DNA from: a virus
DNA length: 64,000 nt
Virus record (IMG/VR): IMGVR_UViG_3300017782_000002
Span: 1-64,000 of that record
Strand: one strand, 5' to 3'
Shown: positions 49,242 to 58,888 of the stretch, piece after piece
How the letters are laid out: each line of letters begins with the position of its first letter
Numbering within the stretch: position 1 is the stretch's first letter
Notes under the pieces: generated by a model
Seen by the model: only the letters and a program-made list of their open reading frames with translations
Database searches by the model: none
What the model was told of the DNA's origin: nothing
Program-made: the position numbers and the translations under genes

Positions 49242-49244
49242 AAC

Positions 49245-49952
49245 ATGGCAATTAACAACACTACATTACAAATAAAGTTTAAACAAAGACTTAACAAGCT
49301 AGCTAGTAATGACTATGATAATATAGAGTGTTGGCAGATTGTAGAAGCTTTTAATAAAGCTCAAATAGAGTGGTGTAGAAGAAACTTACATGGTAATAAT
49401 ATGTTTAAAGAAGGGGATGAGGCATCTAAACGTAGGATAGATGACCTCCAACCTCTTTTAAATAGATTAGTTTTAACAGGAGTTAACAATGCTGATCATT
49501 TTGAAGGTAATAACTTTCCTGCAGATTATCTAGAATATAAGAGAGTTAGTATTAATGCTACTAATGATTGTTGTACAACAGAAAGATCTATGACTGTATA
49601 TTTAGCTGAAGAAGCTAATGTTGATCTTATAATGAGAGATCCTTTAAAAAGACCAGATTTTGAGTGGGGTGAAACTTTTTGTACAATGCAACAAAATACA
49701 GTAAGGATATATCATAGAGACTTTAATATTGTTAGTCCTGTATTAACTTATTATAGAAGACCTAGAATGATAGAAATAATGAATTGTACAGATCCATATA
49801 CTCAAGCAGCATCAGCAGCGGATGTTACTTGTGAATTTAAAGATGACGTTGTAGAATTATTAATTGATGAAGCTGTAGCAATCATAGCAGGAGACATAGA
49901 TTATGTACAACAGCAAATGAGAGGAACACAATCATCAGAAAGAAACAATTAA
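49245..49952 (+). CDS. Tail ring/adaptor protein
   Basis: FKQRLNKLASND...FNKAQ...RRIDDL...YYRRP...ELLIDEAV pattern of crAss ring proteins. Confidence 0.65.
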   Translation: MAINNTTLQIKFKQRLNKLASNDYDNIECWQIVEAFNKAQIEWCRRNLHGNNMFKEGDEASKRRIDDLQPLLNRLVLTGVNNADHFEGNNFPADYLEYKRVSINATNDCCTTERSMTVYLAEEANVDLIMRDPLKRPDFEWGETFCTMQQNTVRIYHRDFNIVSPVLTYYRRPRMIEIMNCTDPYTQAASAADVTCEFKDDVVELLIDEAVAIIAGDIDYVQQQMRGTQSSERNN

Positions 49953-49954
49953 AT

Positions 49955-50062
49955 ATGCCAGCAAAAAAGAAACAAGCAAGTTTAGGAAAAACAAAAAATA
50001 CAACTACTTATAAGAAAGGTGGAGAGAAAAAAAGTAAAAGAAAAGCTTACAAAAGAAAATAA
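49955..50062 (+). CDS. 35-aa very basic peptide (not in ORF track)
   Basis: MPAKKKQASLGKTKNTTTYKKGGEKKSKRKAYKRK, 2 nt after the upstream stop. Confidence 0.6.
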   Translation: MPAKKKQASLGKTKNTTTYKKGGEKKSKRKAYKRK

Positions 50063-50087
50063 AGTAGTATATTATAGTATACAATAG

Positions 50088-50168
50088 TAAAGGTTAAGAT
50101 TCGGCTACCTTTATTATGGTGATATAAAGCCGTTCTTTTTATTATAAATAAAGACCTGCTAAAACAGG
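50088..50168 (+). promoter_or_regulatory. Structured 5' leader of the 50179 gene
   Basis: Mutually overlapping stems TAAAGGT/ACCTTTA and CGGC..TTTAT/ATAAAGCCG, plus CCTG/CAGG hairpin before the ATG. Confidence 0.4.
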
Positions 50169-50178
50169 CATTTTAAAA

Positions 50179-51357
50179 ATGAGTTATTTCAATCACGCTT
50201 ACAAAAAAACTTTGTTAGCAAACACAGTGAGCACTACAACTGCACACAAAGCGCATACTCTTGCGCCTGCTGCTGTTGCAATGTGTTCTTCAAGCACGTA
50301 TGGTGTAATTAATTACGCTACTACACCAGATGAATTCCTTTTAGTGCAAGGAAACTTAAATAAGACTACGGCTGCAGGTACTGCTGCTACTGTTGCTAAT
50401 GACACTTTAGGTGGAAATAAGCATCACGGTGGTTACGCACACTCAATCAAGTCTAAAGTAATCAAAACTAAATACATTAATAAATTGTGGAAAGAAGCTT
50501 CTGTAGATAATTCAGAACAAACAATTACATTAAGAGTTACAGATGACTGCTATACTTGTACAAAGCATGCTCAATTACGTATTGACCTTAAAGGTGAAGA
50601 GGTACAAAGAGCATTTAACAGAAACTACTACACTGTAGTATCTTCTGAAGGATGTTGTACAATGACTGGTGATTCTGCATCTCTTACTTCTAAAAACATT
50701 GTTGACGGTTGGGCTGCAGCAATTAATGAAGATGAAATGTTATCAGAATTTGTTTCTGCTGCAACTGCTGATCCAGGTGGTCAAACATACTCAACTATAA
50801 CACTTACGTTAAAAGCTGACCGTATGACTAAATTTGATGACTGTTCTTTTGATACAAGAGACTGGTACAATACTGAGCCATTAAAATTAATCTTATCTGA
50901 GATTGATGATGAAGGTGATGCATGTTCTACAGGATGTATTAAAGATAATTCAGGAGTTGATATGCCAGTTGAAGGTTTAAATATTCTTGATTTAGCTGAT
51001 GCAACAAGTGGTGAAACAATCCTTAGAGATCTTATCATGGACGGAAGATACAGAAATGATGGTGGATTTAATCAAGGTAACAGAGATTCTGCACGTTTCA
51101 GAGAAATTGAAAAGTCTGGAAAAGCTGTTATTGGTGCAATTGATAGAAACAGTAGATTTGATGTATTCTATTTACAACACAGTGTGCCACGTTTCAATAA
51201 CCCAACAGGTGTATTTGACAATGATCAGTACGTAATTCAAGTTGCTGCTGACAAAGTTAACAATGCTGCTGCGGTTACTGCATTAGGTAATATGTGGACT
51301 GCAATTGCTGCTAATGCTAAAACTAGTGTTGGTGTTGATACGTACCCTGTAGTATAA
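50179..51357 (+). CDS. Auxiliary capsid/structural protein (crAss-like)
   Basis: MSYFNHAYKK start, HSVPRFNNPTGVFDNDQY motif, highly expressed codon bias, own promoter and terminator. Confidence 0.7.
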   Translation: MSYFNHAYKKTLLANTVSTTTAHKAHTLAPAAVAMCSSSTYGVINYATTPDEFLLVQGNLNKTTAAGTAATVANDTLGGNKHHGGYAHSIKSKVIKTKYINKLWKEASVDNSEQTITLRVTDDCYTCTKHAQLRIDLKGEEVQRAFNRNYYTVVSSEGCCTMTGDSASLTSKNIVDGWAAAINEDEMLSEFVSAATADPGGQTYSTITLTLKADRMTKFDDCSFDTRDWYNTEPLKLILSEIDDEGDACSTGCIKDNSGVDMPVEGLNILDLADATSGETILRDLIMDGRYRNDGGFNQGNRDSARFREIEKSGKAVIGAIDRNSRFDVFYLQHSVPRFNNPTGVFDNDQYVIQVAADKVNNAAAVTALGNMWTAIAANAKTSVGVDTYPVV

Positions 51358-51384
51358 TACTATAGAGTTAGTTAATATTCTTAG

Positions 51385-51414
51385 AAGGGTGGGATTAAGT
51401 TCTCACCCTTTTTT
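51385..51414 (+). terminator. Intrinsic terminator
   Basis: AAGGGTGGGA-TTAAGT-TCTCACCCTT-TTTT. Confidence 0.75.
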
Positions 51415-51484
51415 GTTTTATAATTGAGTGTTTTTTTGTATATTATTAATAGATACTAAATGCATTTTAATTAACTATACATAA

Positions 51485-52069
51485 ATGGCTGCCAAACACA
51501 TACTAAGTTTAGAAGTTCTTGATGTCTCAAATACTAAATATTTATCTATTAGAGATACTAGTAAGTACGCAAAAGGTCTTGGTACTGACTGTGCAGAACT
51601 ACTAATAACTCCGCCACCTGCTACAGGTACAACAAATAAAAAAACATCTATAATAGAAGTCAAGCCTGGATTTGATTTAAACATTACTGCATGTGCTATG
51701 AATTTACAGCTTATGAGTTGTAATGAAATTAGAACAGATATACCTGACGGAGTGTATGTTATTAAATACCAATTATCACCTCATGATAAAACTTATGTAG
51801 AATATAACTACTTAAGAACCACAGGTTTAATGAAGATGTATTATGAAAAATTATGTAAATTAGAATTAGCTGCATGTGAACCTGACTCTACTAGAAAGAA
51901 ATTAATGTCAGAAATGAATGTTATAAGAATGTTAATAGATGGAGCTAAATCAAAAGTTGAATATTGTTCACAACCTGATGCGGGTATGGAACTATTTAAC
52001 TATGCAAAGAAAAAATTAGAAAGAATAGTCTGCAAACAATGTGAAGGACTAAGTAAAGTAAATAGATAA
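51485..52069 (+). CDS. Structural protein (tail hub/collar-like)
   Basis: IPDGVYVIKYQLSP...YNYLRT motif; Cys-containing helical C-half. Confidence 0.55.
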   Translation: MAAKHILSLEVLDVSNTKYLSIRDTSKYAKGLGTDCAELLITPPPATGTTNKKTSIIEVKPGFDLNITACAMNLQLMSCNEIRTDIPDGVYVIKYQLSPHDKTYVEYNYLRTTGLMKMYYEKLCKLELAACEPDSTRKKLMSEMNVIRMLIDGAKSKVEYCSQPDAGMELFNYAKKKLERIVCKQCEGLSKVNR

Positions 52070-52088
52070 TAACCAAAACCAATAAGTA

Positions 52089-52250
52089 ATGCCAGGAGTA
52101 GTAAACGGAGTCAATTGCAATCATTGTCACAAACCATTTAGTTGTGGATGTCAAAAAACAACAGATGACAACGGAAATACAGTTCACAAAGGATGCGTAA
52201 ACCAAGCAAATGCAATAATAAGAACACAAAATGCTAATCAAAACGCATAG
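52089..52250 (+). CDS. 53-aa Cys/His-rich peptide (not in ORF track)
   Basis: MPGVVNGVNCNHCHKPFSCGCQKTTDDNGNTVHKGCVNQANAIIRTQNANQNA. Confidence 0.65.
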   Translation: MPGVVNGVNCNHCHKPFSCGCQKTTDDNGNTVHKGCVNQANAIIRTQNANQNA

Positions 52251-52261
52251 AAAATTAAAAG

Positions 52262-55200
52262 ATGACCTTAAATAACACTCTTTATTACAATTGGAAAAAG
52301 CATGACGGAAGCTGTGGATCAGGAGCAATTACAGGTTCAATAACTAGTGCATCTGCAGTTGATACATTATATACAAAAAGATTAGGTTCTTGGTATTTTT
52401 ATCAGGGTATGGGTCAACCTTCTATTGGTACATTTGTATGTTATAATGGTATTTGTTATGAATACATGGGTACTACGCAAGATGCTGCAGGCGGTGGAGT
52501 AGAATATGATGCTATAATACCATCACCTGCATTAACATCATCAAATCATTTTCCTAATTGTTTTGGATGTTTGTCTGGATGTGCTGCACAACAAACATAC
52601 CATGCTTTTGAAATGTGTAACAATTTAGGTGCTGTAGGTATAGGACTAGAAAATACTAGTACAATAACTGTAGGATCAAATGCTAATGTTTATGCAGGAT
52701 TAGGTTCTCCAGCATTAAACAAAACAGCTACATATAACGGAATATGCATTATATATAAAGGAATGTATATGAGTAATGATGCTGTAATAACAAGCAGTCC
52801 ATTTATATTTAATGTAAACACAACACCTTATACAACTCCTCATGTACATAATGATAATTGTGCTGCATGTCAAGGTACAGGTGTAGATACATTCCATGAA
52901 TGGAAAGTGTGTGGTGGTACTGAAGTCATAAATTTATTAGCCGTGGGTGATGCTAATAGTGCTGCTAATAATGAAACATTTTATTTAAGTGCAGGATCAC
53001 CTAGTGTAGGAACTGTTACTAATTTAAACCCTGCTGTTTCAAGTAGAGCTGGTAATTGTTGGGAGTATGTGGGAACAAATGCTGCACCTGCTGCTTCAGG
53101 AATGCAAAATATTGCGGTAGTATCACCAGCATCATATGCTGATTGCACAACATGTTTAAACCCAGGCACAGGAGGTTGTACTGACATTACAGCAACAAAC
53201 TATAATCCTTCAGCTACTTTTGATGATGGTTCATGTTTATATTCTGCAGGTTGTACGGATCCAACAGCTTCTAATTATAATGCTGCAGCTACTGTAGATG
53301 ATGGTAGTTGTTATTATTGTGTATATGGTTGTATGGACCAAAGTGCTAACAACTATAATGCTGCTGCTACATGTGATGATTCAACTTGTAGGTATACTGT
53401 AGGAGGTGGAGCAGGTACATGTGATATATCTTTTTCAGAACTTTGTGCTGCAGATGGAACTTCTACAGTAACAGTAGATCTATCAGCAGGAACAGGAATA
53501 AAAAATATAACAGCAAAACTTCAAGGTACAACAGTAAGTTCACAAACATGTGGAACACCTACTGATATTAATATTACAGGGGTATTACAAAATCAAACAA
53601 TAAATGTTACTGGAGAATGCTCATATGAAAAAGAAGATTATGATGCAGCTAGTGCAGCACCACAACCAGGATGGGCTGGTGCAGAATGTGGTCAAGTTAC
53701 TGTAAGTTCTAATACAAAAGTATATGCATTTTATGATGGTACATCTTTAGGTGCAACACCAGCTAAAAATGCTTATAAAGCATTAATGGGATGGTTAAAA
53801 GGTGTTGCAAATTTTACTGTAGATACAGTACATGGTTCTCCTACACAAAATGTATTTCATACTACAGTAGCAGGAGAAAGATGGTTAGATTGGGGAACAT
53901 CAGTATTAACAGGTAAATTTAACAATGATAATTTACCTCAACAAATTTCATTAAATGGTGGAGCTTTAAGCACTATATATAACTGTACTGCAGGATCAGA
54001 TTGTGCAACAAAAAAGAATGCTACAGCAGATGAATTTATAGGTGCTGCCTTTGAATCACCTGTTAGCGGCTCTAAAGCAATAGCAATAGCTAACTGGGCT
54101 TATGATACAGCTACTGAAAGTGCTAACGGATATACTTGGACTGTAGATGAATTTTATGATACTGCTGAAGGTACTTTAATAGGTCAACCAATGCTTGATT
54201 ATAATACTTCTAATAATAACGGTGCACAAACTTGGAATGGTTATCCACCACAAGCATCAAATACAGATGATGTATTAGTAGTTATTTTTGCAGATGAGTC
54301 TATGTGGGCTTATCATGTAGGTCAACAAAATGAATTTACAAATTCTACTAATCCTTATACACATTCTTCTGGTGGAAATAGTTACGCAAATATTGATCCT
54401 CAACAACCTACTCCCCAATATAAAGCTGATTATGATAAGTTTAAAGCAATTTATACAGGACACGGAGGATCATACAGAGCTTTCTTATACCCTTCTAGAC
54501 CTACTAGCGTATCTACATCTGGTGGACATAAAATGTTCCCACTACACGCTCTAGCGTCAATTCATAGTGGTAATAATGTTCCTGCAGATGGTATGTGGCA
54601 AACAGGTACTTCTCCTACTAATGCTTATAGTACTATAGATATAATAGAAACTGAAAATCCTTATTGGACAGGTTTATCACCAACTTATGGTGGATTAGAT
54701 CAATCTGGATGGGGAGTTAATGTAGCAGGTGTCTCTTTTGATGCAACTACTTTTCAAAATGACTTAGAAGTATTTCTTGGTTTAAATGCACAAACTTGTG
54801 ATGGATCACAATGTACAGTTATACAAGTATTAGATGAAAACGGTGTTCCTGTTTCAAGTTACCCAATAGACGTAAACGGTACAAACATTGGCTCAACGGA
54901 TGCTGCTGGACAAATTACAACAACTATTAATGCATCTGGCTCAGTAGTTATAAACGGTTGTTATACATTTAATGCTACTGGTAATTGTTTACAATCTCTA
55001 ATTACAATAAATACAATAAGTGCAAATTATACTTCTAATTTAAATTGTATTACGGGTTGTACAGATCCTCTATCTTGGAATTATAACGCTCTTGCAGGTA
55101 TAGATGACGGTTCTTGTATGTACCCTTTAACAGAAGAAGAAGAACTTTCAAGATGTGAAAAAGTTAAATTAGATACAGAGTGTCAATTTGCTACTGATGT

Positions 55201-57091
55201 ATTTAACTTATACAAATATGAAAGATATGGTTTAGATAAGGGATGCTTATATAACTTTGATGGACATATTAGCAAAAAATATTCAATGGATTGGGATGAT
55301 AAATTATTACCAGACTTTGGAACAGAATCATATACTAAGACATTACACACAAAAGGTGCAACACCAAAACCACTTTGGGTAGATTCTGCATGCGGAGGCT
55401 CTTCTTGTGACGGATCAGAATGTGTATACTTTTATGTAAAAGATAAAAATGATAAAGCTGTTGAAGACTATGAAATAGTATTAGATGGTATAGTTATAGG
55501 TAAAACAGATGAAAATGGTGAGCTAAGACATTCTATACCAAATGCAGCAGAAGATACAGAACATAAAGTTAATTTCTGCCACTGTTTTACAACAACAGGA
55601 GGTTGCAATTCACAAAGAATAAAAATAACAGTAGAAGGTATAACTGAATGTAATACTTGCGGTTTAGAATCAGTAGCATGCACATGTATACCTACAGAAA
55701 CAGCAGCTGGAGACATAGCTTTAGAAGTATTAGGTTGTACAGATTCTACTGCTACTAATTACAATGCTCTTGCAAATTGTGACGATGGAAGTTGTATAGA
55801 AACAATAGTAGGATGTATGGACCCTACTTCTTTAAATTATAATCCTTGTGCTAATGTTGCATGTAGTAGCTGCTGTTGTTCAGTAGCAGGATGTATGGAT
55901 GCAACAGCTGATAATTATAATGCTTCAGCTTGTTTAGATGATGGTTCTTGTGAATACACAGGATGTATGGATACTGCTGCTAGTAATTACAACTCTAGTG
56001 CAAACGTAGCATGTAGTAGTTGTTGTACATACCCTGGTTGTACAAATGCAACAGCGTTAAACTATGATCCAAATGCTAATGTAGATGACGGATCATGTAT
56101 ATTACCTGTGTATGGTTGTATGGATTCAACTGCTTTAAACTATAATGCAGCTGCAAACGTAGATGATGGTTCATGTACTTACTGTGTGTATGGATGTATG
56201 GATGCTACAGCGTCTAACTACAACTCTTTAGCTACATGTACTGACGGAAGCTGTACTTATCCAATTCAAGGATGTACTGACGCTAGTGCTTGTAATTATG
56301 ATCCTCTTGCAACACAAGATGACGGTTCTTGTTTAACAGTTCCTACAATGGATCTTGGTTCTACAAACTTTGGTATTAATACTCCTAACTTATTACAACA
56401 AGATGGTAGTGGTGTTAGTGGTCTTGGTTGTGCAACTTACTATATGCAAGCTTATCCTTATGAAGTAGGTGAGCCATTCTATGGTGGACACGTTACAAAA
56501 AATATTTCTGGTAGTTTTGTTTTAGGTGGTACAGGTAATCATGTAGGAAATGTATGGACAGAATCTTATTTCTTTGAATTAGGTACTGATGCTGCAAATG
56601 GTAATCCTCCATTAACTATAGGTAATCAATATTGTATAACATGGGCTGAGATTGTAATGGCTTTAAGATCTAGTGGTCAATGTTCTGATTGTTTAATGGG
56701 AGGTTGGGGTGTTAGAATAGATCAAGGTACAGGTACTCCTACTACAGCTGATCTTAATAGTGCAACTAATTTATATGATCCTGTAGCTCTTGGTACTTTA
56801 AGTACAGCTAATGCTTTAATTCATAACTCTGCATGTCAAACAAACGATGTTGGAAATGCTAATGGTGTTAACTCACCAGGTGCTCCAAATGGAAGTCACT
56901 CTAATTGGGTTGACAAATGTATTACGTTTACAGCTACTGCATCACAACACAGAATACACATGTATGTAATTACTGATTATAACCAATGTACTTCTTGTAC
57001 TTCACATTCTGGATCTAGTGTCCACGGATCATACATGGGTATATCAAAAGTACAGATAAGTACAAGCTGTAGTGGTAGTTGTAATTGCTAG
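52262..57091 (+). CDS. Giant Cys-rich multi-domain adhesin/fibre protein
   Basis: 12 GC[TM][DN]..A.NY...A..DDGSC-type repeats, three N-terminal G.P...G.C..Y.G..C..C repeats, vWA-like segment, two Ig-like repeats. Confidence 0.8.
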   Translation: MTLNNTLYYNWKKHDGSCGSGAITGSITSASAVDTLYTKRLGSWYFYQGMGQPSIGTFVCYNGICYEYMGTTQDAAGGGVEYDAIIPSPALTSSNHFPNCFGCLSGCAAQQTYHAFEMCNNLGAVGIGLENTSTITVGSNANVYAGLGSPALNKTATYNGICIIYKGMYMSNDAVITSSPFIFNVNTTPYTTPHVHNDNCAACQGTGVDTFHEWKVCGGTEVINLLAVGDANSAANNETFYLSAGSPSVGTVTNLNPAVSSRAGNCWEYVGTNAAPAASGMQNIAVVSPASYADCTTCLNPGTGGCTDITATNYNPSATFDDGSCLYSAGCTDPTASNYNAAATVDDGSCYYCVYGCMDQSANNYNAAATCDDSTCRYTVGGGAGTCDISFSELCAADGTSTVTVDLSAGTGIKNITAKLQGTTVSSQTCGTPTDINITGVLQNQTINVTGECSYEKEDYDAASAAPQPGWAGAECGQVTVSSNTKVYAFYDGTSLGATPAKNAYKALMGWLKGVANFTVDTVHGSPTQNVFHTTVAGERWLDWGTSVLTGKFNNDNLPQQISLNGGALSTIYNCTAGSDCATKKNATADEFIGAAFESPVSGSKAIAIANWAYDTATESANGYTWTVDEFYDTAEGTLIGQPMLDYNTSNNNGAQTWNGYPPQASNTDDVLVVIFADESMWAYHVGQQNEFTNSTNPYTHSSGGNSYANIDPQQPTPQYKADYDKFKAIYTGHGGSYRAFLYPSRPTSVSTSGGHKMFPLHALASIHSGNNVPADGMWQTGTSPTNAYSTIDIIETENPYWTGLSPTYGGLDQSGWGVNVAGVSFDATTFQNDLEVFLGLNAQTCDGSQCTVIQVLDENGVPVSSYPIDVNGTNIGSTDAAGQITTTINASGSVVINGCYTFNATGNCLQSLITINTISANYTSNLNCITGCTDPLSWNYNALAGIDDGSCMYPLTEEEELSRCEKVKLDTECQFATDVFNLYKYERYGLDKGCLYNFDGHISKKYSMDWDDKLLPDFGTESYTKTLHTKGATPKPLWVDSACGGSSCDGSECVYFYVKDKNDKAVEDYEIVLDGIVIGKTDENGELRHSIPNAAEDTEHKVNFCHCFTTTGGCNSQRIKITVEGITECNTCGLESVACTCIPTETAAGDIALEVLGCTDSTATNYNALANCDDGSCIETIVGCMDPTSLNYNPCANVACSSCCCSVAGCMDATADNYNASACLDDGSCEYTGCMDTAASNYNSSANVACSSCCTYPGCTNATALNYDPNANVDDGSCILPVYGCMDSTALNYNAAANVDDGSCTYCVYGCMDATASNYNSLATCTDGSCTYPIQGCTDASACNYDPLATQDDGSCLTVPTMDLGSTNFGINTPNLLQQDGSGVSGLGCATYYMQAYPYEVGEPFYGGHVTKNISGSFVLGGTGNHVGNVWTESYFFELGTDAANGNPPLTIGNQYCITWAEIVMALRSSGQCSDCLMGGWGVRIDQGTGTPTTADLNSATNLYDPVALGTLSTANALIHNSACQTNDVGNANGVNSPGAPNGSHSNWVDKCITFTATASQHRIHMYVITDYNQCTSCTSHSGSSVHGSYMGISKVQISTSCSGSCNC

Positions 57092-57155
57092 GTAAATGTT
57101 TGCTTATAAGATGAATAATTTGTATATTATTATATACTAGTAAAGAAAATTAACT

Positions 57156-58202
57156 ATGGCTTTTGAAAGTTCAGATAAATCAGGTTTAAATAACGGGCGT
57201 ACAGCACGTTTAGATATTAGCAATATTAACCAAGGTGGTCTTAAAGGTGAAAGAGCTGCTACTGATGAACAGTTATTGCAATTGATTATTGATAATCTTG
57301 CAGGAGCACAAGTACCAGCAGGAACACAAGACTTAAATAATGATGGTAAAATTGATGTTAATGATTTGATATTCAGTGTTTCAGAAGCTTACAAAAGATA
57401 TGCAAAAACACAATCTGATAAAGTTACATTACCTAACTTAATAGATTCTCTTACAAAAGGTATAGCTGTTTTACATACAGATTTAAGCATACAGAAAAAA
57501 ATATCACAAGGTTTAGAAGCACAATTATTAGAGCAAAAGAAAAAAGCTGTTGGTGAAGCTAATCCAAGAATATACTCTAGTGGTACAGTAGAACAAAATA
57601 AACTGCATCCTATAGAAAAAATAGTACAAGCTACTGAAGCAAAGGTTGTAAGTACTGAAAAATTAGTAGGAACAACTACAGATATAGCAAAAAGTATTAG
57701 TGCACAAATAACAGATTTACATAAACCATTAACAGAATATGCAGGACCTGTAGTTCATGGTGCTAACAATTTAGCAGATACTATAAAAAATATGTGGACA
57801 GTTATTGGTGATCTTAGAAACACAGTTACTATATTACTAGAAGAAACAAGTAACACACTTAAAGTTGGAAGAATGGGAGATATATATACTTTCTTTTTAA
57901 GTAGAAATACTTGTGAAAATCTAATAGCAAATGCACAATCAATAGATGGTGCAGGAGGAAATGCAAGAGATTTATGGAATGAAACTGGAGCTTTATATGA
58001 TCCTAGTGTACCGGCATTCACAAGTAACGTACCTTCAGTTTCATCTGAATGTTTAAATGGAGCTTGGTATTGTGTAACGGGAAGTAAAGGTGGAAACACT
58101 CTAGCTCAATATAGCAGGACTGCACCATTTTGGAAAAATATTGGTTCAGTTTGTCCAGCACCTAAGAAAACATACAGTGACCCAAGTAGTTTAGAAGTAT
58201 AA
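57156..58202 (+). CDS. Coiled-coil protein with EF-hand/dockerin-like loop
   Basis: DLNNDGKIDVNDL Ca-binding-type loop, long helical region, Cys-containing C-domain. Confidence 0.6.
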   Translation: MAFESSDKSGLNNGRTARLDISNINQGGLKGERAATDEQLLQLIIDNLAGAQVPAGTQDLNNDGKIDVNDLIFSVSEAYKRYAKTQSDKVTLPNLIDSLTKGIAVLHTDLSIQKKISQGLEAQLLEQKKKAVGEANPRIYSSGTVEQNKLHPIEKIVQATEAKVVSTEKLVGTTTDIAKSISAQITDLHKPLTEYAGPVVHGANNLADTIKNMWTVIGDLRNTVTILLEETSNTLKVGRMGDIYTFFLSRNTCENLIANAQSIDGAGGNARDLWNETGALYDPSVPAFTSNVPSVSSECLNGAWYCVTGSKGGNTLAQYSRTAPFWKNIGSVCPAPKKTYSDPSSLEV

Positions 58203-58215
58203 AAAAATAAAAAAA

Positions 58216-58752
58216 ATGAGCAATTGTACAGACAATCCATGTGATAAATTACCTTGCGGGTGTGATCAAACAGCTTACACACATACGTGTGAGTTATCAA
58301 ACTGTAACACACCTATTGAAAGATGTGAAGAATTACTATGCTCAAATTGTGTTTCTCATTGTTATGATAAATTTAGCTATACTGTAAATGGTGCTAATGA
58401 TATTATAGTAGAAAATGGAGAAAGATTATTATCAACACTACAAAGAATGATTATATCAACTGCAGGTGGAGATTGTTTTACAAAAGCAGCAGTTGGTGTA
58501 AGAACTTCTGGTATAACTGCTACAAGTATATTTGTTACATGGACTGCACCGCAAACACCAGCAGCTCCTACTTATACTGTTCAGTATAGAGTAGCAGGTA
58601 CTGCAACATGGACAGATGCTGTTACAGGTTTATCTGCAACAACATTTAGTTATAACATAGCTTGTTTAACTGCAGCAACTGCTTATGAATTAAGAATAAT
58701 AGCATCAGATGCAAATTGTCCTTCTGTGACTATTTATGCATCAACATTATAA
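58216..58752 (+). CDS. Cys-rich protein with C-terminal fibronectin type III domain
   Basis: ITATSIFVTWTAP...YTVQYRVAGTATW...YNIACLTAATAYELRI. Confidence 0.75.
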   Translation: MSNCTDNPCDKLPCGCDQTAYTHTCELSNCNTPIERCEELLCSNCVSHCYDKFSYTVNGANDIIVENGERLLSTLQRMIISTAGGDCFTKAAVGVRTSGITATSIFVTWTAPQTPAAPTYTVQYRVAGTATWTDAVTGLSATTFSYNIACLTAATAYELRIIASDANCPSVTIYASTL

Positions 58753-58800
58753 AGAGACAAGAAAGTGAAGGTTTATTGGTTTTCCAACACTTAATTGTAT

Positions 58801-58836
58801 GAGGCCTGGGGTTAACACCGGGCCTCTTTCTTTTTT
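58801..58836 (+). terminator. Intrinsic terminator
   Basis: GAGGCCTGG-GGTTAACA-CCGGGCCTC-TTTCTTTTTT. Confidence 0.75.
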
Positions 58837-58853
58837 GTGAATAAATTTTTTTG

Positions 58854-58861
58854 TATCTTTG
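58854..58861 (+). promoter_or_regulatory. -7 promoter element (TATCTTTG)
   Basis: TAnnTTTG match upstream of 58889. Confidence 0.6.
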
Positions 58862-58888
58862 CTTCATATTAACTAAATAAAATTATAA

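Noticed and set aside
52262-57091. Diversity-generating retroelement or CRISPR-like array in the repeat-rich gene
   Set aside because: The repeats are protein-level and degenerate at synonymous sites. I saw no RT gene, no adenine-specific template/variable pair, and no identical spaced DNA repeats.
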